The position numbers and the translations under genes are program-made. From assembly GCA_949293555.1 (NCBI GenBank), contig CASFDV010000003.1:7614-71613 (forward strand): 64,000 bases of DNA. Reading direction: 5' to 3'. The notes beneath the pieces are model-generated. The model worked only from the letters and a program-made list of their open reading frames with translations. It had not been told where the DNA came from and did not search any database. Positions 37,758-47,829 of the stretch are shown here, in pieces. Within the stretch, counting starts at the first letter, position 1. Each line of letters begins with the position of its first letter. Origin of the DNA: an uncultured Bacillota bacterium. GTDB taxonomy: Bacteria; Bacillota_I; Bacilli_A; RFN20; CAG-826.

Positions 37758-40214
37758 ATGAAACTCAAGAATGCATATGCCCTCATCCTCGCCGCCGGGG
37801 CGCTCGTCCTTTCTGGCTGCGGGAATGGGGAGACATCCTCCTCCTCTTCCTCGGAGGAGGGATCCTCATCTCTCACGGGAGGCTCCTCAAGCGGCAGCTC
37901 CTCCTCATCCCATGAGGGAGGCACTTCGAGCGGGAGTTCCTCCAGCTCGTCGTCCAGCTCCTCCAGCTCCTCCAGCTCCTCCAGTTCCTCTTCTAGCTCC
38001 TCGAGCTCCTCTTCCAGTTCCTCTTCCAGCTCCTCCAGCTCTTCCTCTAGTTCCTCCTCCAGCGAGCCCGTGGTGACCTACCCGATCAGCGTGGAGGCGC
38101 CCGATGGCGTGACCGTTACGGTGGACGAGAGGGCCGAGGAAGGCGCGCTCGTCAAGGTCGTCGTGGACGCCGGGGAGCTCATCGTCGACTCCGTGACCGC
38201 CAACGGCTATGCGTGCGGCCTCCTCGAGGCAGGGACCTACTACTTCGAGATGCCCGCGGAGGCCGTCACGATCGTCGTGACCGCCCATGAGGCGGACGTC
38301 CCCGGGACCCTCTACACCCTCGAGGCCGCGGGTGCGATCACCCTCCAGGGGGCCAAGTCCTCCTACGAGGAAGGGGAGGAAGTCTCCTTCACCGTCCTCG
38401 TCGATCCGGGGATGGTGTTCAACGGGCTGACGATCGCAAGCGACTCCTTCTTCAACCCGACCGTGGTCGAATACGAGACCGAGGCGGGCGCGGACGGGAC
38501 CACCGTCTACACCTTCGAGATGCCCGCCTTCGACGTCGTCGTCACGGGCGATACCTCCTACGGGCTCTACGAGCTCATATGGGACGACCCCAACATCTCC
38601 GGCGTCTACGCGAAGGCCCCGGGCGAGGAGTACGCCTCCTCGGTGAACTACGATGTCGTAGCCTATAAGTCCGAGGTCGAGGTCCGCCTCAAGGACACCG
38701 ACACCCACCTCGCGAAGGGGATCCGCATCGTTGAGACCGGGGAGGAGATCCTCGCCGCCGAGGGCGAGATGAGCGTCACCTTCTCGATGCCCCACAGGAA
38801 CATCACCATCGAGTCCGTCGTCGATCCCTACTACCGCACGATCGTCGGGGAAGCCTCCGCGCACCTGACCCCGGACATCTACCGTCTCCTTGAGGACGGG
38901 ACCTACGTCCTCGACGACGAGTTCCTCGCCGGGGAGACCGCCTACGTCAAAATCAGCGGCGTGAGCGAGGACTACCAGGTTCTCTCGCTCGTGGCCGGAT
39001 ACGAGGGCGCTTCCGGGGAAGAGACCGAGGACCTCCTCGCCGCCGGGGCGAACGAGGACGGCTACTACGCCTACGAGATCACCAACGAGAGCGACTCCTT
39101 CTTCGTCCGCGTCGCGGAGAAGGACATGACCGCCTTCGTGGACGCCCCCTTCCTCGGTAGCTACCAGGGCGTCAACGTCTATAACAACACCTATGCGAAC
39201 AACACCGCGTGGTACGGCGAGGCGCTCGCGCCCACCATCGACGCCTCCGGCTACTTCTCCTACCGGGGCGGGGAGGCCAGGATCCTCGGTTACGAGGAGG
39301 AGACCGGCACCCTGACCGTCGAGTACGAAGGGAACGAGGGAATCGCCCTCTACGGCGACAACATCATCTTCTCCAGCTGGGGCCTCAGCTCCCTGACCGG
39401 GAACGACAACGTCTACATGGTGAGGATGGAGGAAGGGGACGACCCTTCGCTCTACACCGTCGAATACAAGCACTTCGGCACGAACCAGGTCGTCCAGGCC
39501 AAGCGGGACGGCGAGGTGTACGCGACCGCCTGGAACGACATGGCGAGCGGCGTGGTCCACTTCGGGGTCGACTTCGTCCTCAACGAGGGCGCGGCCTCGA
39601 TCCTCGACACGAGCGAGACGGGCGGCTACCTCATCCAGAAGGATGGGGAGACCCTCCTCGAGATCGGCATCAAGGACGGCGCCTTCGTGACGCTGGACGG
39701 CTACCAGGGCACCTACACCCTTGTAGGAGGAACGGACACCCTCGTCCTCGACGGGACCGGGGCGGCCACCTACCTCGGCGAGGAAGGGCTGACCTACCAG
39801 ATCGTCGACGAGACCCACGTCACCCTGAAGAAGGGCGGCGAGACCTGGGACATCGAGCTCGGCGAGGGAACCTACACGGTGCTGGCGCACCATGAGCCCG
39901 CCAACGAGTTCATCGGCTGGACCTACGTCGGCGAGTGCGACTACAACGACATCACCCTTGAGTTCGTGGACGAGACGAAGTGCTACTTCACCCTTGGGAG
40001 CTGGAACGACTACATCGGGGGCGACGCCGCCCAGGATAACGTCGAGAACCAGACCTACGTGATCGACAGGGATGCCAACACCATCACCGTCACTACTTGG
40101 GGTTATGGGACTCAGTACGAAATCGTCCTCACCATCGGGGATGGCACCCTGACCTTCGTGGAGGACCTGAGCTGGACCTACCCGACGGAGGGCACCGTCC
40201 TGACCCGCCAGTAG
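37758..40214 (+). CDS. Large surface lipoprotein (818 aa) with a ~50-residue poly-Ser linker
   Basis: Lipobox in ALVLSGCGNG. The poly-Ser tract is encoded by an (AGC/TCC)n array at about 37915-38065. Confidence 0.75.
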   Translation: MKLKNAYALILAAGALVLSGCGNGETSSSSSSEEGSSSLTGGSSSGSSSSSHEGGTSSGSSSSSSSSSSSSSSSSSSSSSSSSSSSSSSSSSSSSSSSSSSSEPVVTYPISVEAPDGVTVTVDERAEEGALVKVVVDAGELIVDSVTANGYACGLLEAGTYYFEMPAEAVTIVVTAHEADVPGTLYTLEAAGAITLQGAKSSYEEGEEVSFTVLVDPGMVFNGLTIASDSFFNPTVVEYETEAGADGTTVYTFEMPAFDVVVTGDTSYGLYELIWDDPNISGVYAKAPGEEYASSVNYDVVAYKSEVEVRLKDTDTHLAKGIRIVETGEEILAAEGEMSVTFSMPHRNITIESVVDPYYRTIVGEASAHLTPDIYRLLEDGTYVLDDEFLAGETAYVKISGVSEDYQVLSLVAGYEGASGEETEDLLAAGANEDGYYAYEITNESDSFFVRVAEKDMTAFVDAPFLGSYQGVNVYNNTYANNTAWYGEALAPTIDASGYFSYRGGEARILGYEEETGTLTVEYEGNEGIALYGDNIIFSSWGLSSLTGNDNVYMVRMEEGDDPSLYTVEYKHFGTNQVVQAKRDGEVYATAWNDMASGVVHFGVDFVLNEGAASILDTSETGGYLIQKDGETLLEIGIKDGAFVTLDGYQGTYTLVGGTDTLVLDGTGAATYLGEEGLTYQIVDETHVTLKKGGETWDIELGEGTYTVLAHHEPANEFIGWTYVGECDYNDITLEFVDETKCYFTLGSWNDYIGGDAAQDNVENQTYVIDRDANTITVTTWGYGTQYEIVLTIGDGTLTFVEDLSWTYPTEGTVLTRQ
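37915..38065 (+). repeat. Low-complexity trinucleotide array (AGC TCC TCC variants) encoding poly-Ser
   Basis: Direct reading of the sequence. Confidence 0.8.
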
Positions 40215-40328
40215 GCCGGCCTCATCGACATCCCCAAGGCGCCCTTCCCTCCGGAGGGGCGCCTTTCTTCTTGGCGGTCGAATATCAAAAAACCAGCGGC
40301 GTTTCCGCGCTGGTCGAGCAGGTTTTGC

Positions 40329-41228
40329 CTAGATTCCGAGATTTAGGACGAACTGATGGAGGTCCTCCATGTCGATGGAGGCAAGGAACTTCATCCCGGG
40401 GACTTCCTTCCCTTCCTTCAGCCATCCGCGGGCCTGCCCGTCGACCGTCCCTTCCTCGACCTCGTGCCGCACCGGGAGGAAGTCCAGCTTCTCTTCCTTG
40501 AGGAGCATGTAGAGGGCGAGCGCGTCGTGGGGGGTGATCGGCCAGTTCGTGCTCTTCTGGAAGCGGCGGACTGCCTCCCTCCGGAAGTCCCCGAGCGGGT
40601 CGCTCCCTGTCCTTGCGAGAAGTTCCTCTTCCGCGGGGGAGAGGGTGCTTTTCTCAGTGAGCTCGAGTCCGACCGCGCGGATGTCGAGCCCGGAGTAGAG
40701 GATTGTCTTGAACGCCTCGACGTCGCACTCGAGGTTCCACTCGGGACGATGTTCCCGGTATTCCCCTCCCATGAGGAAGACGCGTGAGTTCTTGAGGACC
40801 CCTTCCTTGTCCTCGAGGATGGTCCTGGCGATGTTCGTGAGGGGGCCGATTGCGAGCAGGACGAGAGGGGCCTTCCTCGCCTCTTCGAGGATCCTCCGGG
40901 GGACGAGATGGGGGTCCTTGGCCTCTTCGCCGTGGATCCCGGGATCGGGCGTCTTCTCGTCGAGGTCCCATTGGGAGAAGGTCTCGTGGGGCCGGACGGG
41001 GGTGAGCCCCCGGATGGGGACGGGGGAGCCGGCGAGGACGGGGATCTCCTCCCTTCCCGCGGCGCGGAGCATCCTCGTGGCGAACTCCGCGCGGAGAGGG
41101 GTGTTCTTGAACACGGTGGACATCCCCACGAGGTCAAGGGATGGGTTCCGGAGGATTTCCTCCAGGACGAGGGTGTCGTCGATGTCGTCCCCGATGTCGG
41201 TGTCGAGCCAAATCCTTGTCTTTTCCAT
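40329..41228 (-). CDS. Inosine-uridine-preferring nucleoside hydrolase family protein
   Basis: N-terminal DTDxGxDDxxAL-type signature (IWLDTDIGDDIDDTLVL). Confidence 0.8.
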   Translation of the reverse strand: MEKTRIWLDTDIGDDIDDTLVLEEILRNPSLDLVGMSTVFKNTPLRAEFATRMLRAAGREEIPVLAGSPVPIRGLTPVRPHETFSQWDLDEKTPDPGIHGEEAKDPHLVPRRILEEARKAPLVLLAIGPLTNIARTILEDKEGVLKNSRVFLMGGEYREHRPEWNLECDVEAFKTILYSGLDIRAVGLELTEKSTLSPAEEELLARTGSDPLGDFRREAVRRFQKSTNWPITPHDALALYMLLKEEKLDFLPVRHEVEEGTVDGQARGWLKEGKEVPGMKFLASIDMEDLHQFVLNLGI

Positions 41229-41387
41229 ATAAGGGCTTCCTTTGCTGGGGCTATTCTCCGGCAGGGGGAGAGAGGTGGCAATGGCGTTCCTTCCCCAGGA
41301 GAGTGGCTCCCCAACGGGAAAGGAAACGACTGGAAGCGCCGGTTTTTTCGGAACGCCAAGAGGAACGGCGATTGCTATTTTGTCTAG

Positions 41388-42044
41388 GTGGCATATTGGG
41401 ATATAGAAAGAGGAGGGCGTCAGGTGAAATTCGCCTTGAGATTTGCCATTCCCTTGCTTTCGGTCATCGGGATTTGCGCCCCGCTTTCCTTGTCCTCCTG
41501 TTCTTCAGCCGACTCGGAACCGAGGCGCCTTTCCTATGGCGGGCATGAGGCGGGACTTGTGCAGGAGGAGGAAGGCGAGACGGTCGGGGAATGGGAAGGC
41601 ATCCTTGTCATCGAGCCTTTCGCGACTCCGCCTGAGGCCGGTGTCCTCGAATACTGGCAAGGCAAGGACGATCCGGAGCGAGTCCTCGCCCCTGTCTACG
41701 AGGATGCGATCCGGAACAGGGGGCCGGCGCTTCCATGCGACGGGGTTCCCGTGGCGACGGACTTCGGCAAGGCGACCCTCTTCCTCGTCGTGGAAGGGGC
41801 CTTGGAGCAGGTCCGTATCTATGCGAATCCCTGCGGGAACGATGCTTACGCCCTGTCCTGGGCGTTTGAAAGGAATAGCGAGGAAAACCCCGCTGAAGAC
41901 GATGTCTTCTGGTTCTCCTGCCACGGCCTCCTGAGTTTCCCTGGCCCTGGCTGGCGGGGATTCTACCGGCTTCTGTTCCGGCGCGATGATGGGACTTGGG
42001 CAAGGGCGATCCCTTATGAGTCCGCCTTCCTCTCGGAAGAGTGA
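41388..42044 (+). CDS. Hypothetical lipoprotein
   Basis: Lipobox in PLSLSSCSS. Confidence 0.55.
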   Translation: MAYWDIERGGRQVKFALRFAIPLLSVIGICAPLSLSSCSSADSEPRRLSYGGHEAGLVQEEEGETVGEWEGILVIEPFATPPEAGVLEYWQGKDDPERVLAPVYEDAIRNRGPALPCDGVPVATDFGKATLFLVVEGALEQVRIYANPCGNDAYALSWAFERNSEENPAEDDVFWFSCHGLLSFPGPGWRGFYRLLFRRDDGTWARAIPYESAFLSEE

Positions 42045-42279
42045 TCGCTTCTTTTCGCATCATCGCAAGGGCTGGGTTCCGGATATTCAAGTTTTCCGGC
42101 CTTTCCGCTTCCTCCGGCATTGGTTGCTCCACGGCTTCGGAGGTATGTTCTTCTCGCGAACGAAGAGGCAAGCAGGCCTCATCCTGATGCGGATTGCCTC
42201 CATTGCCGCAAAAGGACGCCTTTCTCACTTGCATGGAGGGGGTTCTTCCACTAACATACGCACGCTGCACAAGCAGCAT

Positions 42280-42353
42280 GCCCCGCTAGTTAAATGGCAT
42301 AACAGATCCATGGTAAGGATCAATCCGTAGTTCGATTCTGCGGCGGGGCACCA
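42280..42353 (+). tRNA. tRNA-Thr (GGT)
   Basis: GCCCCGCTAGTTAAATGGCATAACAGATCCATGGTAAGGATCAATCCGTAGTTCGATTCTGCGGCGGGGCACCA. Acceptor stem GCCCCGC/GCGGGGC, anticodon loop AUGGUAA, T-loop TTCGATT. Confidence 0.85.
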
Positions 42354-42376
42354 CAAGATCGGGCATGTCTGACGCG

Positions 42377-42412
42377 CCCTGGGCTGAGGCCTAGGCGCCC
42401 AGGCATTTTTTT
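42377..42412 (+). terminator. Rho-independent terminator after tRNA-Thr
   Basis: CCTGGGC...GCCCAGG stem followed by a T7 run. Confidence 0.7.
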
Positions 42413-42626
42413 CGTAGGGAGAGTGCGAGGCCGCGAGGCCGACGCCAGTTTCTCGCGTTTGTCCATTGAGATATTCGAAACTTCTGTAGAAGGCTACATA
42501 AGATTCGGAATTCTCTATATCATTCGCAGATTCTGGTTACTCCCTGAAAACCCGTAATTTGCAGAGGTTTTTGAAGAATGAGCACGGATTGCGCCCGCTT
42601 TCCGCGGGTCTTGTTCGTGAGGACAT

Positions 42627-43940
42627 CTACCTTTCTCTCAGCCAGTCCTTGATGAAGAAGGCGCAGAAATGGGGGAGCGTCAGGACTTTGCCGCAGTAGG
42701 AGATGTTCTTCCTGGTGATCTTGATTCCTTCGGATATGTCCCCGTATTTCGGGTTGGCGATCGCTTCCCGGAGGCTATAGGCGTTGCCGTCCTTGCTCTT
42801 GACTTCCACCGGGACGATCCCGTCCTTGGTCCTGAGGACGAAATCCAGCTCCAAGGTGGAATCGGGCCTCTTGTAGTAGTAGAGGTCCAGCCCGCTTTTG
42901 CTCAGGCATTCCGCCACGGAATTCTCGAAGACGGCCCCTTTGTACACCCCGAAGTTCTTCCTGACCCGGAAGTCCTCCCCGCTTTCCGGGTCCAGGAGGG
43001 AGAGGAGGAGGCCTGTGTCGAAGAAATAGACCTTGAAGGCGTTTGGCACGGTGTTGCCTCGCAAGGGGATCTCGGGAAAGTTCAAGAGCCGGGAGGGGGT
43101 GACGAGCCCAGCGTCGCGAAGCCATTCGATGCATCCGAAGTAGTCGGCGAACCTTCCTCCCTTCCGGACGTGGGAGAAGACGAATTTCTTGTTCTCCTTG
43201 CCAAGCTCCGGGGCGATCGAGTCCATCACGCCGATGATTCGCTCTTGGTCCAGGCCGCCAGCGTATTTCCTGACGTCCGAGCGATAGCCGCCGATGAGTC
43301 CGTTTTGGAGTTCCGGGATGCCTTGGAAGTTTCTCCGAGCCAGATAGGACGATATGACGGCAGGCATTCCGCCAACGACCATGTAGTCGAAGAACAGGCT
43401 TTCGTATGCATCAAGCTCGTTCTCGGAGAAAGGGGACATCGCTTTCACGTGCTGGCGCATGTCCTCTGCCGTTTCCTCGCCATGGCCGCACGCCCAGAGA
43501 AACTCCTCGAAATCGAGGGAGGTCATCTTCCGGATCGTCTGGTAGCCGACGCTGATGCTTTCTATCCTGGAGAGCTGAACCCCGAGGAGAGAGCCGCTGC
43601 ATATGACGTCGTACCTTCCGTCCAGCTTGAAAAACTTGAGCGAGGATGTGATTTCGGGACAAGCTTGTATTTCATCGAAAAAGATGAGCGTCTTGCCCGG
43701 GACGAAGTTGAACGCGGGATTGACGAGGGACATGTTCCTGACGATTTTGTCCGGAGAATAGCCGTCGCCTACGATCCGGGAGAAAAGAGGATTCTCCGCG
43801 AAGTTGACGTAGGCGAGGCTTTCGTAGTTTTCCTTGGCGAACTTAAGGATGCTTTCCGTCTTTCCGACTTGCCTTGCCCCGGTGACGATCAAGGGCAGCT
43901 TGTCGGGGGCGGACTTCCATTCGAGGAGGTACATGTCCAC
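42627..43940 (-). CDS. AAA-family ATPase with DUF4143 domain (second copy in window)
   Basis: Walker A motif TGARQVGKTE and Walker B motif LIFFDEIQ. Lower GC than the core genes. Confidence 0.7.
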   Translation of the reverse strand: MDMYLLEWKSAPDKLPLIVTGARQVGKTESILKFAKENYESLAYVNFAENPLFSRIVGDGYSPDKIVRNMSLVNPAFNFVPGKTLIFFDEIQACPEITSSLKFFKLDGRYDVICSGSLLGVQLSRIESISVGYQTIRKMTSLDFEEFLWACGHGEETAEDMRQHVKAMSPFSENELDAYESLFFDYMVVGGMPAVISSYLARRNFQGIPELQNGLIGGYRSDVRKYAGGLDQERIIGVMDSIAPELGKENKKFVFSHVRKGGRFADYFGCIEWLRDAGLVTPSRLLNFPEIPLRGNTVPNAFKVYFFDTGLLLSLLDPESGEDFRVRKNFGVYKGAVFENSVAECLSKSGLDLYYYKRPDSTLELDFVLRTKDGIVPVEVKSKDGNAYSLREAIANPKYGDISEGIKITRKNISYCGKVLTLPHFCAFFIKDWLRER

Positions 43941-44801
43941 ATTTTTCTGAGATATATATTTCCGGCCTTCCGCTTGATTAATCAGTACACGTACTAAGAT
44001 TGTCGATGACGGATATCAACAGAAACAAGGGCCATGTCTATGTTGAAAACTACAGAAACAAGGGCCTTGTTTGTGAGAAGGCGCTCGGAATCTCGTACGG
44101 ACGAACCTCGTAGGAAATAGGAACCCAAGCAGCCTCGCAGCATCCGGCTCTCTCCATCAGCGCGCTGCCTTCCGTCTCCCCGTAGCCCCTTTGGCCAGCT
44201 CGCTAAATTTCCTTGCAGGGCTCCTTCTGGCTTTCTTGGAAGCAAATCCGGCAAGGTCCCTGCTCTGTCTTACAGTCCTCTGTCTGCGGAGGCCGTTCCG
44301 TCGTTGCACAAGGCTCCGTGCACTCCAAGGCAATCTTGCGTTCCCCACAATAGAGTGTCGCATGAACCCTGCGTTTCCCGCAATAAAACGTGTGCCAGCG
44401 CCGCTGACGTATGGGAAGCAGATCCGGTTCTCGACGGAGGAACCCTGGAGAAGAGGGACGTCCCGGTGTCGCTCCCCTGCCACAAGGCGCCCGGGAGGCC
44501 GAGGGTGAGGTGCTGGAGGGGGTCTAGTTGAACATTGCGAAGCGAGACAATTGGGATCCTGACGTCCTACTAGGCACGTCTGGACGAGAATCAGCTCGCT
44601 CTCGGAAGCTATGTAGCCTTCTGCGGAACTTCCGGCGCAAAGCTCCTCAGTCCAAGGAGACGTCAGGGGCGCTATCTTTTTTTCATGCGCTTCCTCTTAT
44701 TTCACTTGGGAGGAGAGTGGCAATTGCCACCTATCTCTCAAATCCCATTAAAGGAATCGCGTATATATCAGAATTTCTAGGATCGTTCTTGAAGGCCTTC
44801 C

Positions 44802-45350
44802 CTATCGGAAAAGAAGGCTGAGGGAACCGACGATGATCTCGCGGAGGGAAAGCCCGATCTCAGTGCCCGTCCTCCTCATCGCCTCCCTCTGCACGTCGAT
44901 CGGATAGGCGATCGGGTAGTAGCCGTACATCATGGTGATGAAGGAGGCGGCGAGGATGTCCGCGTCCCTCTCCCTCCCGCATTCCCTTGCCAGGCTCCTG
45001 AAGGCGGTCTGGAACCGCTTCAGCTCGCCTTTGAGGACGACGAGGTTCTCCAGGGAGGAGGAGCGCTCGATGTCCTCGAGGCCGCAGGACATGATCTTGA
45101 GGATGATGACGTTCTCCTCCAGGAGGCTCGCGATGGAGGAGATGATCCCCTCCTTGGTGGAAAGCCCCTTTCCCACGAGCCTTTCCAGCCCGTCGTCCAG
45201 CTCCACGAAGTGGTTGTAGAGGGAATCGAGGAGGATCTCCTCCTTGCTCCTGTAGTAGGAGTAGATCGCCGTCCTCGAGATGCGGGTCATCGCCGAGACG
45301 TCCTTGAGGTAGATGGACCGCAGCTCCTTCTTCAGGTAGAGCGCGTCCAT
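44802..45350 (-). CDS. TetR/AcrR-family transcriptional regulator
   Basis: N-terminal HTH in VSAMTRISRTAIYSYYRSKEEIL. Start at MDALY; the listed ORF has 55 aa of spurious extension. Confidence 0.7.
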   Translation of the reverse strand: MDALYLKKELRSIYLKDVSAMTRISRTAIYSYYRSKEEILLDSLYNHFVELDDGLERLVGKGLSTKEGIISSIASLLEENVIILKIMSCGLEDIERSSSLENLVVLKGELKRFQTAFRSLARECGRERDADILAASFITMMYGYYPIAYPIDVQREAMRRTGTEIGLSLREIIVGSLSLLFR

Positions 45351-45356
45351 CGCGCA

Positions 45357-45596
45357 AGGTCCGGGGGAGGGCAGATCCTCCTTTGCACCGACGGGGAAGG
45401 CTGGTGCCAGGAATGGGGGAAGGAGGCGCGGAAGCTCCATCCCGGCGACGTCGTCCTCATCGCCCCCGGCGCCAAGCACTGGCACGGGGCGAGCAAGGAC
45501 GAATGGTTCGCCCACCTCGCGATCGAGGTGCCGGGGGAAGAATGCTCGACCGAGTTACTCGATCCCGTCTCGGACGAGGAGTACGGGAGGCTCTAG
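45357..45596 (+). pseudogene. Cupin-domain gene remnant (C-terminal ~80 aa only, no start codon)
   Basis: The frame encodes GWCQEWGKEARKLHPGDVVLIAPGAKHWHGA..., a cupin_2 core. No ATG is present, and the N-terminal part would lie under the TetR gene. Confidence 0.45.
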
Positions 45597-45642
45597 CGGG
45601 CCTCCCTTTTCGCAGGGAGCCCGGGGAATGTAGACTGGCCCC

Positions 45643-46629
45643 ATGTCCCAGCACGTGATCGTCCGCGAATACGACCCCCGCTACCCAGCCCTATATCGGA
45701 AGGAGGCGGAGCTTATCTCCTCGATCCTCGGGAAGAACCTCGTCGCCATCCATCACATCGGTTCCACCGCGGTGCCCGGGCTCAAGAGCAAGCCCGTCAT
45801 CGACATCATGGCGGCCGTCCGTTCGCTCGAGGACGTCGACGGGAAGAAGGATGAGCTCACGGCGATCGGGTACGAGTGCATGGGGGAGTTCGGAATCAAA
45901 GGGAGGAGGTATCTCCGGAAGGGCGGGGATGAGAGGACCCACCAGATCCACGTCTTCCAGGAAGGGGACAGGGCGAACCTCATGCGCCACCTCGCGACGA
46001 GGGACTATCTCATCGCCCATGAGGACGTCCGGGAGGAGTACGGGAGGATCAAGGAAGAACTTGCCCTCCGCTTCCCCTATGACATCGAGGGGTACTGCGA
46101 CGGGAAGGAGGCATTCGTCCGGAAGCTCGAGGGGAAGGCCCTCCGGGAATACGTCCGGGAAGGAAAGGACATCGGGATCCTCCTGCGTCCTTTCCAAAGG
46201 GGATGGGCGGAGGGCCTCGCCCATATATTCATCCGCGCGATTGATGCGACTTGCGCGAAGGATTATTCGAAGCTCCAGCTCGAGGCATGGGCTTCCGCGG
46301 CAGATCAGGATGGTTGGGCGGATAGGTTCGAGTCCTCGCTCACACTGGTCGCCTTCCTCGGGGAAGAGGCAATCGGGTTCGGGAACATCGAGGAGGGCGG
46401 GCATCTCGACATGCTCTACGTCCATCCGGACTATCAGGGGATGGGCGTCGCCTCGAGGATATGCGACATGCTTGAGTCCCGTGCGGAAGGGGAGATCCGC
46501 GTGGAGTCCTCGCTCACCGCGAAGGGGTTCTTCCTCGGAAGGGGCTATGAGGTCCTCGAGGAGGAGACCGTTTTTCGGAACGGAGCGCCCTTGAGGCGCT
46601 TACTTATGAGGATGAGGAAGGGGGCTTAG
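45643..46629 (+). CDS. GrpB (UPF0157) domain fused to a GNAT N-acetyltransferase
   Basis: The N-terminal ~175 aa are GrpB-like (HHIGSTAVPGLKSKPVIDIM). The C-terminus is a GNAT fold (MLYVHPDYQGMGVASRI). Confidence 0.65.
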   Translation: MSQHVIVREYDPRYPALYRKEAELISSILGKNLVAIHHIGSTAVPGLKSKPVIDIMAAVRSLEDVDGKKDELTAIGYECMGEFGIKGRRYLRKGGDERTHQIHVFQEGDRANLMRHLATRDYLIAHEDVREEYGRIKEELALRFPYDIEGYCDGKEAFVRKLEGKALREYVREGKDIGILLRPFQRGWAEGLAHIFIRAIDATCAKDYSKLQLEAWASAADQDGWADRFESSLTLVAFLGEEAIGFGNIEEGGHLDMLYVHPDYQGMGVASRICDMLESRAEGEIRVESSLTAKGFFLGRGYEVLEEETVFRNGAPLRRLLMRMRKGA

Positions 46630-46776
46630 GGCAATAATCGCCGTTTCTTGGCGATAACTTCGCAGAACTGCCTTCAATCCCCGGATATCGTCGTTACAAG
46701 AGGAATCCCGCGGTTTTGCTAGGCAACCCTTCTTTTGGGGCATGCTTTATGCATCTTGTTGGATAGGGAGAATCCT

Positions 46777-47829
46777 ATGGAACGGGAGCGACCTTCTTTC
46801 TACAATTGCCCTATGGAAGAAAGGCTTCCCACCTACATCGCCCAGTGGACGATGGTCCTCCGGGGCATGCAGGTGGACAACACCTACAAGTGCGCTTGGG
46901 CCCGTGCAATCCTTTCCTGCCTCGGGAAGGGACGCTTCATGCAACTTCCCCCTGACGGGAAGGCGATGCTCCATTTCTCCGACATCGCCAAGGAGATGGT
47001 GAGGCTCTACTGGAACCAGACCTGCTTCTTCCACCTCCGTCAGGCGCCGGAGAAGAGAGGCCAGAGGGGTGCGCTGATCGTCTCCTACGTCGAGGACCTC
47101 ATCGAAAGCTACTATGCGCTCCTCGGGACCAGGAGGCCCTCCTGGTGGAGCGAGGCGGAGCCTCTCCTCAAGGAGGAGAAGGGGCTCCTCGAGAAGACGT
47201 TCCGCGAAGTCGGGAATGTCCTCCCCCAGAACGTCGCCCATCGCTTCCTGAACCTCAAGGGGAGGAGGGACCCCCTGCCCCTATACGAGTACCGGAGGCC
47301 CGAGAAGGCTATCTATTTCGCCTCCTGGCAGGTCGGGCTCCTCATCTCCTTCCGCGAGCTCCTCGAGGATGAGGTCGACCTCCGCTGGGCGGAGATCCTC
47401 GAGAGGTTCAACGGATCGCCGAGGATTGCGAGGAAGGTCGTCGCAGCCTCGAACGAGGAGCTGAGGAGAGGAAGCCTCAAGGAGTTCAAGGACGTCATCC
47501 AGGACGCCTACCGCCGGGTGAGGATCCCTGATTTCTACGAGGAAGGGTCCTATGTCCCTCTCGACGACTTCTCCCTCGACCACGTAATCCCGTGGAGCTA
47601 CCTTTACTCCGACGACATCTGGAACCTCGTCCCGACGAGGAAGGGGAATAACTCCGCGAAGGGGGACTCCCTCCCGGGAAAGGAGGACATCGTCCGCCTC
47701 AAGAGGAGGAACCAGGACCTCCTTCCCCGCCTCAGGGGGATGAAGGGGATGGAAAAGCACGTGGGCGCCCTCCTTTTCGCTGAGGAGAACCATCTCGTCG
47801 ACCTCTACTACGGGGGATGCCTCCTGTGA
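46777..47829 (+). CDS. HNH-endonuclease-domain protein (351 aa) with an uncharacterised N-terminal region
   Basis: C-terminal HNH motif DHVIPWSYLYSDDIWNLVPTRKGNNSAKGD. Start at MERERP, which has a GGGAG RBS. Confidence 0.55.
   Translation: MERERPSFYNCPMEERLPTYIAQWTMVLRGMQVDNTYKCAWARAILSCLGKGRFMQLPPDGKAMLHFSDIAKEMVRLYWNQTCFFHLRQAPEKRGQRGALIVSYVEDLIESYYALLGTRRPSWWSEAEPLLKEEKGLLEKTFREVGNVLPQNVAHRFLNLKGRRDPLPLYEYRRPEKAIYFASWQVGLLISFRELLEDEVDLRWAEILERFNGSPRIARKVVAASNEELRRGSLKEFKDVIQDAYRRVRIPDFYEEGSYVPLDDFSLDHVIPWSYLYSDDIWNLVPTRKGNNSAKGDSLPGKEDIVRLKRRNQDLLPRLRGMKGMEKHVGALLFAEENHLVDLYYGGCLL

Noticed and set aside
37905-39893. 662-aa ORF antisense to the 818-aa lipoprotein gene
   Set aside because: Shadow frame. 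The sense-strand protein has a lipobox, an RBS and paralogues.
42230-42420. tmRNA or other structured RNA next to the T-loop-like sequence
   Set aside because: The region folds as a standard 74-nt tRNA-Thr cloverleaf followed by a simple terminator. No tag-peptide reading frame or pseudoknot signature is present.
42592-42609. Hairpin GCCCGCTTTCCGCGGGT as terminator of the AAA-DUF4143 gene
   Set aside because: Short stem and no following U-run on the relevant strand, so the evidence is insufficient.
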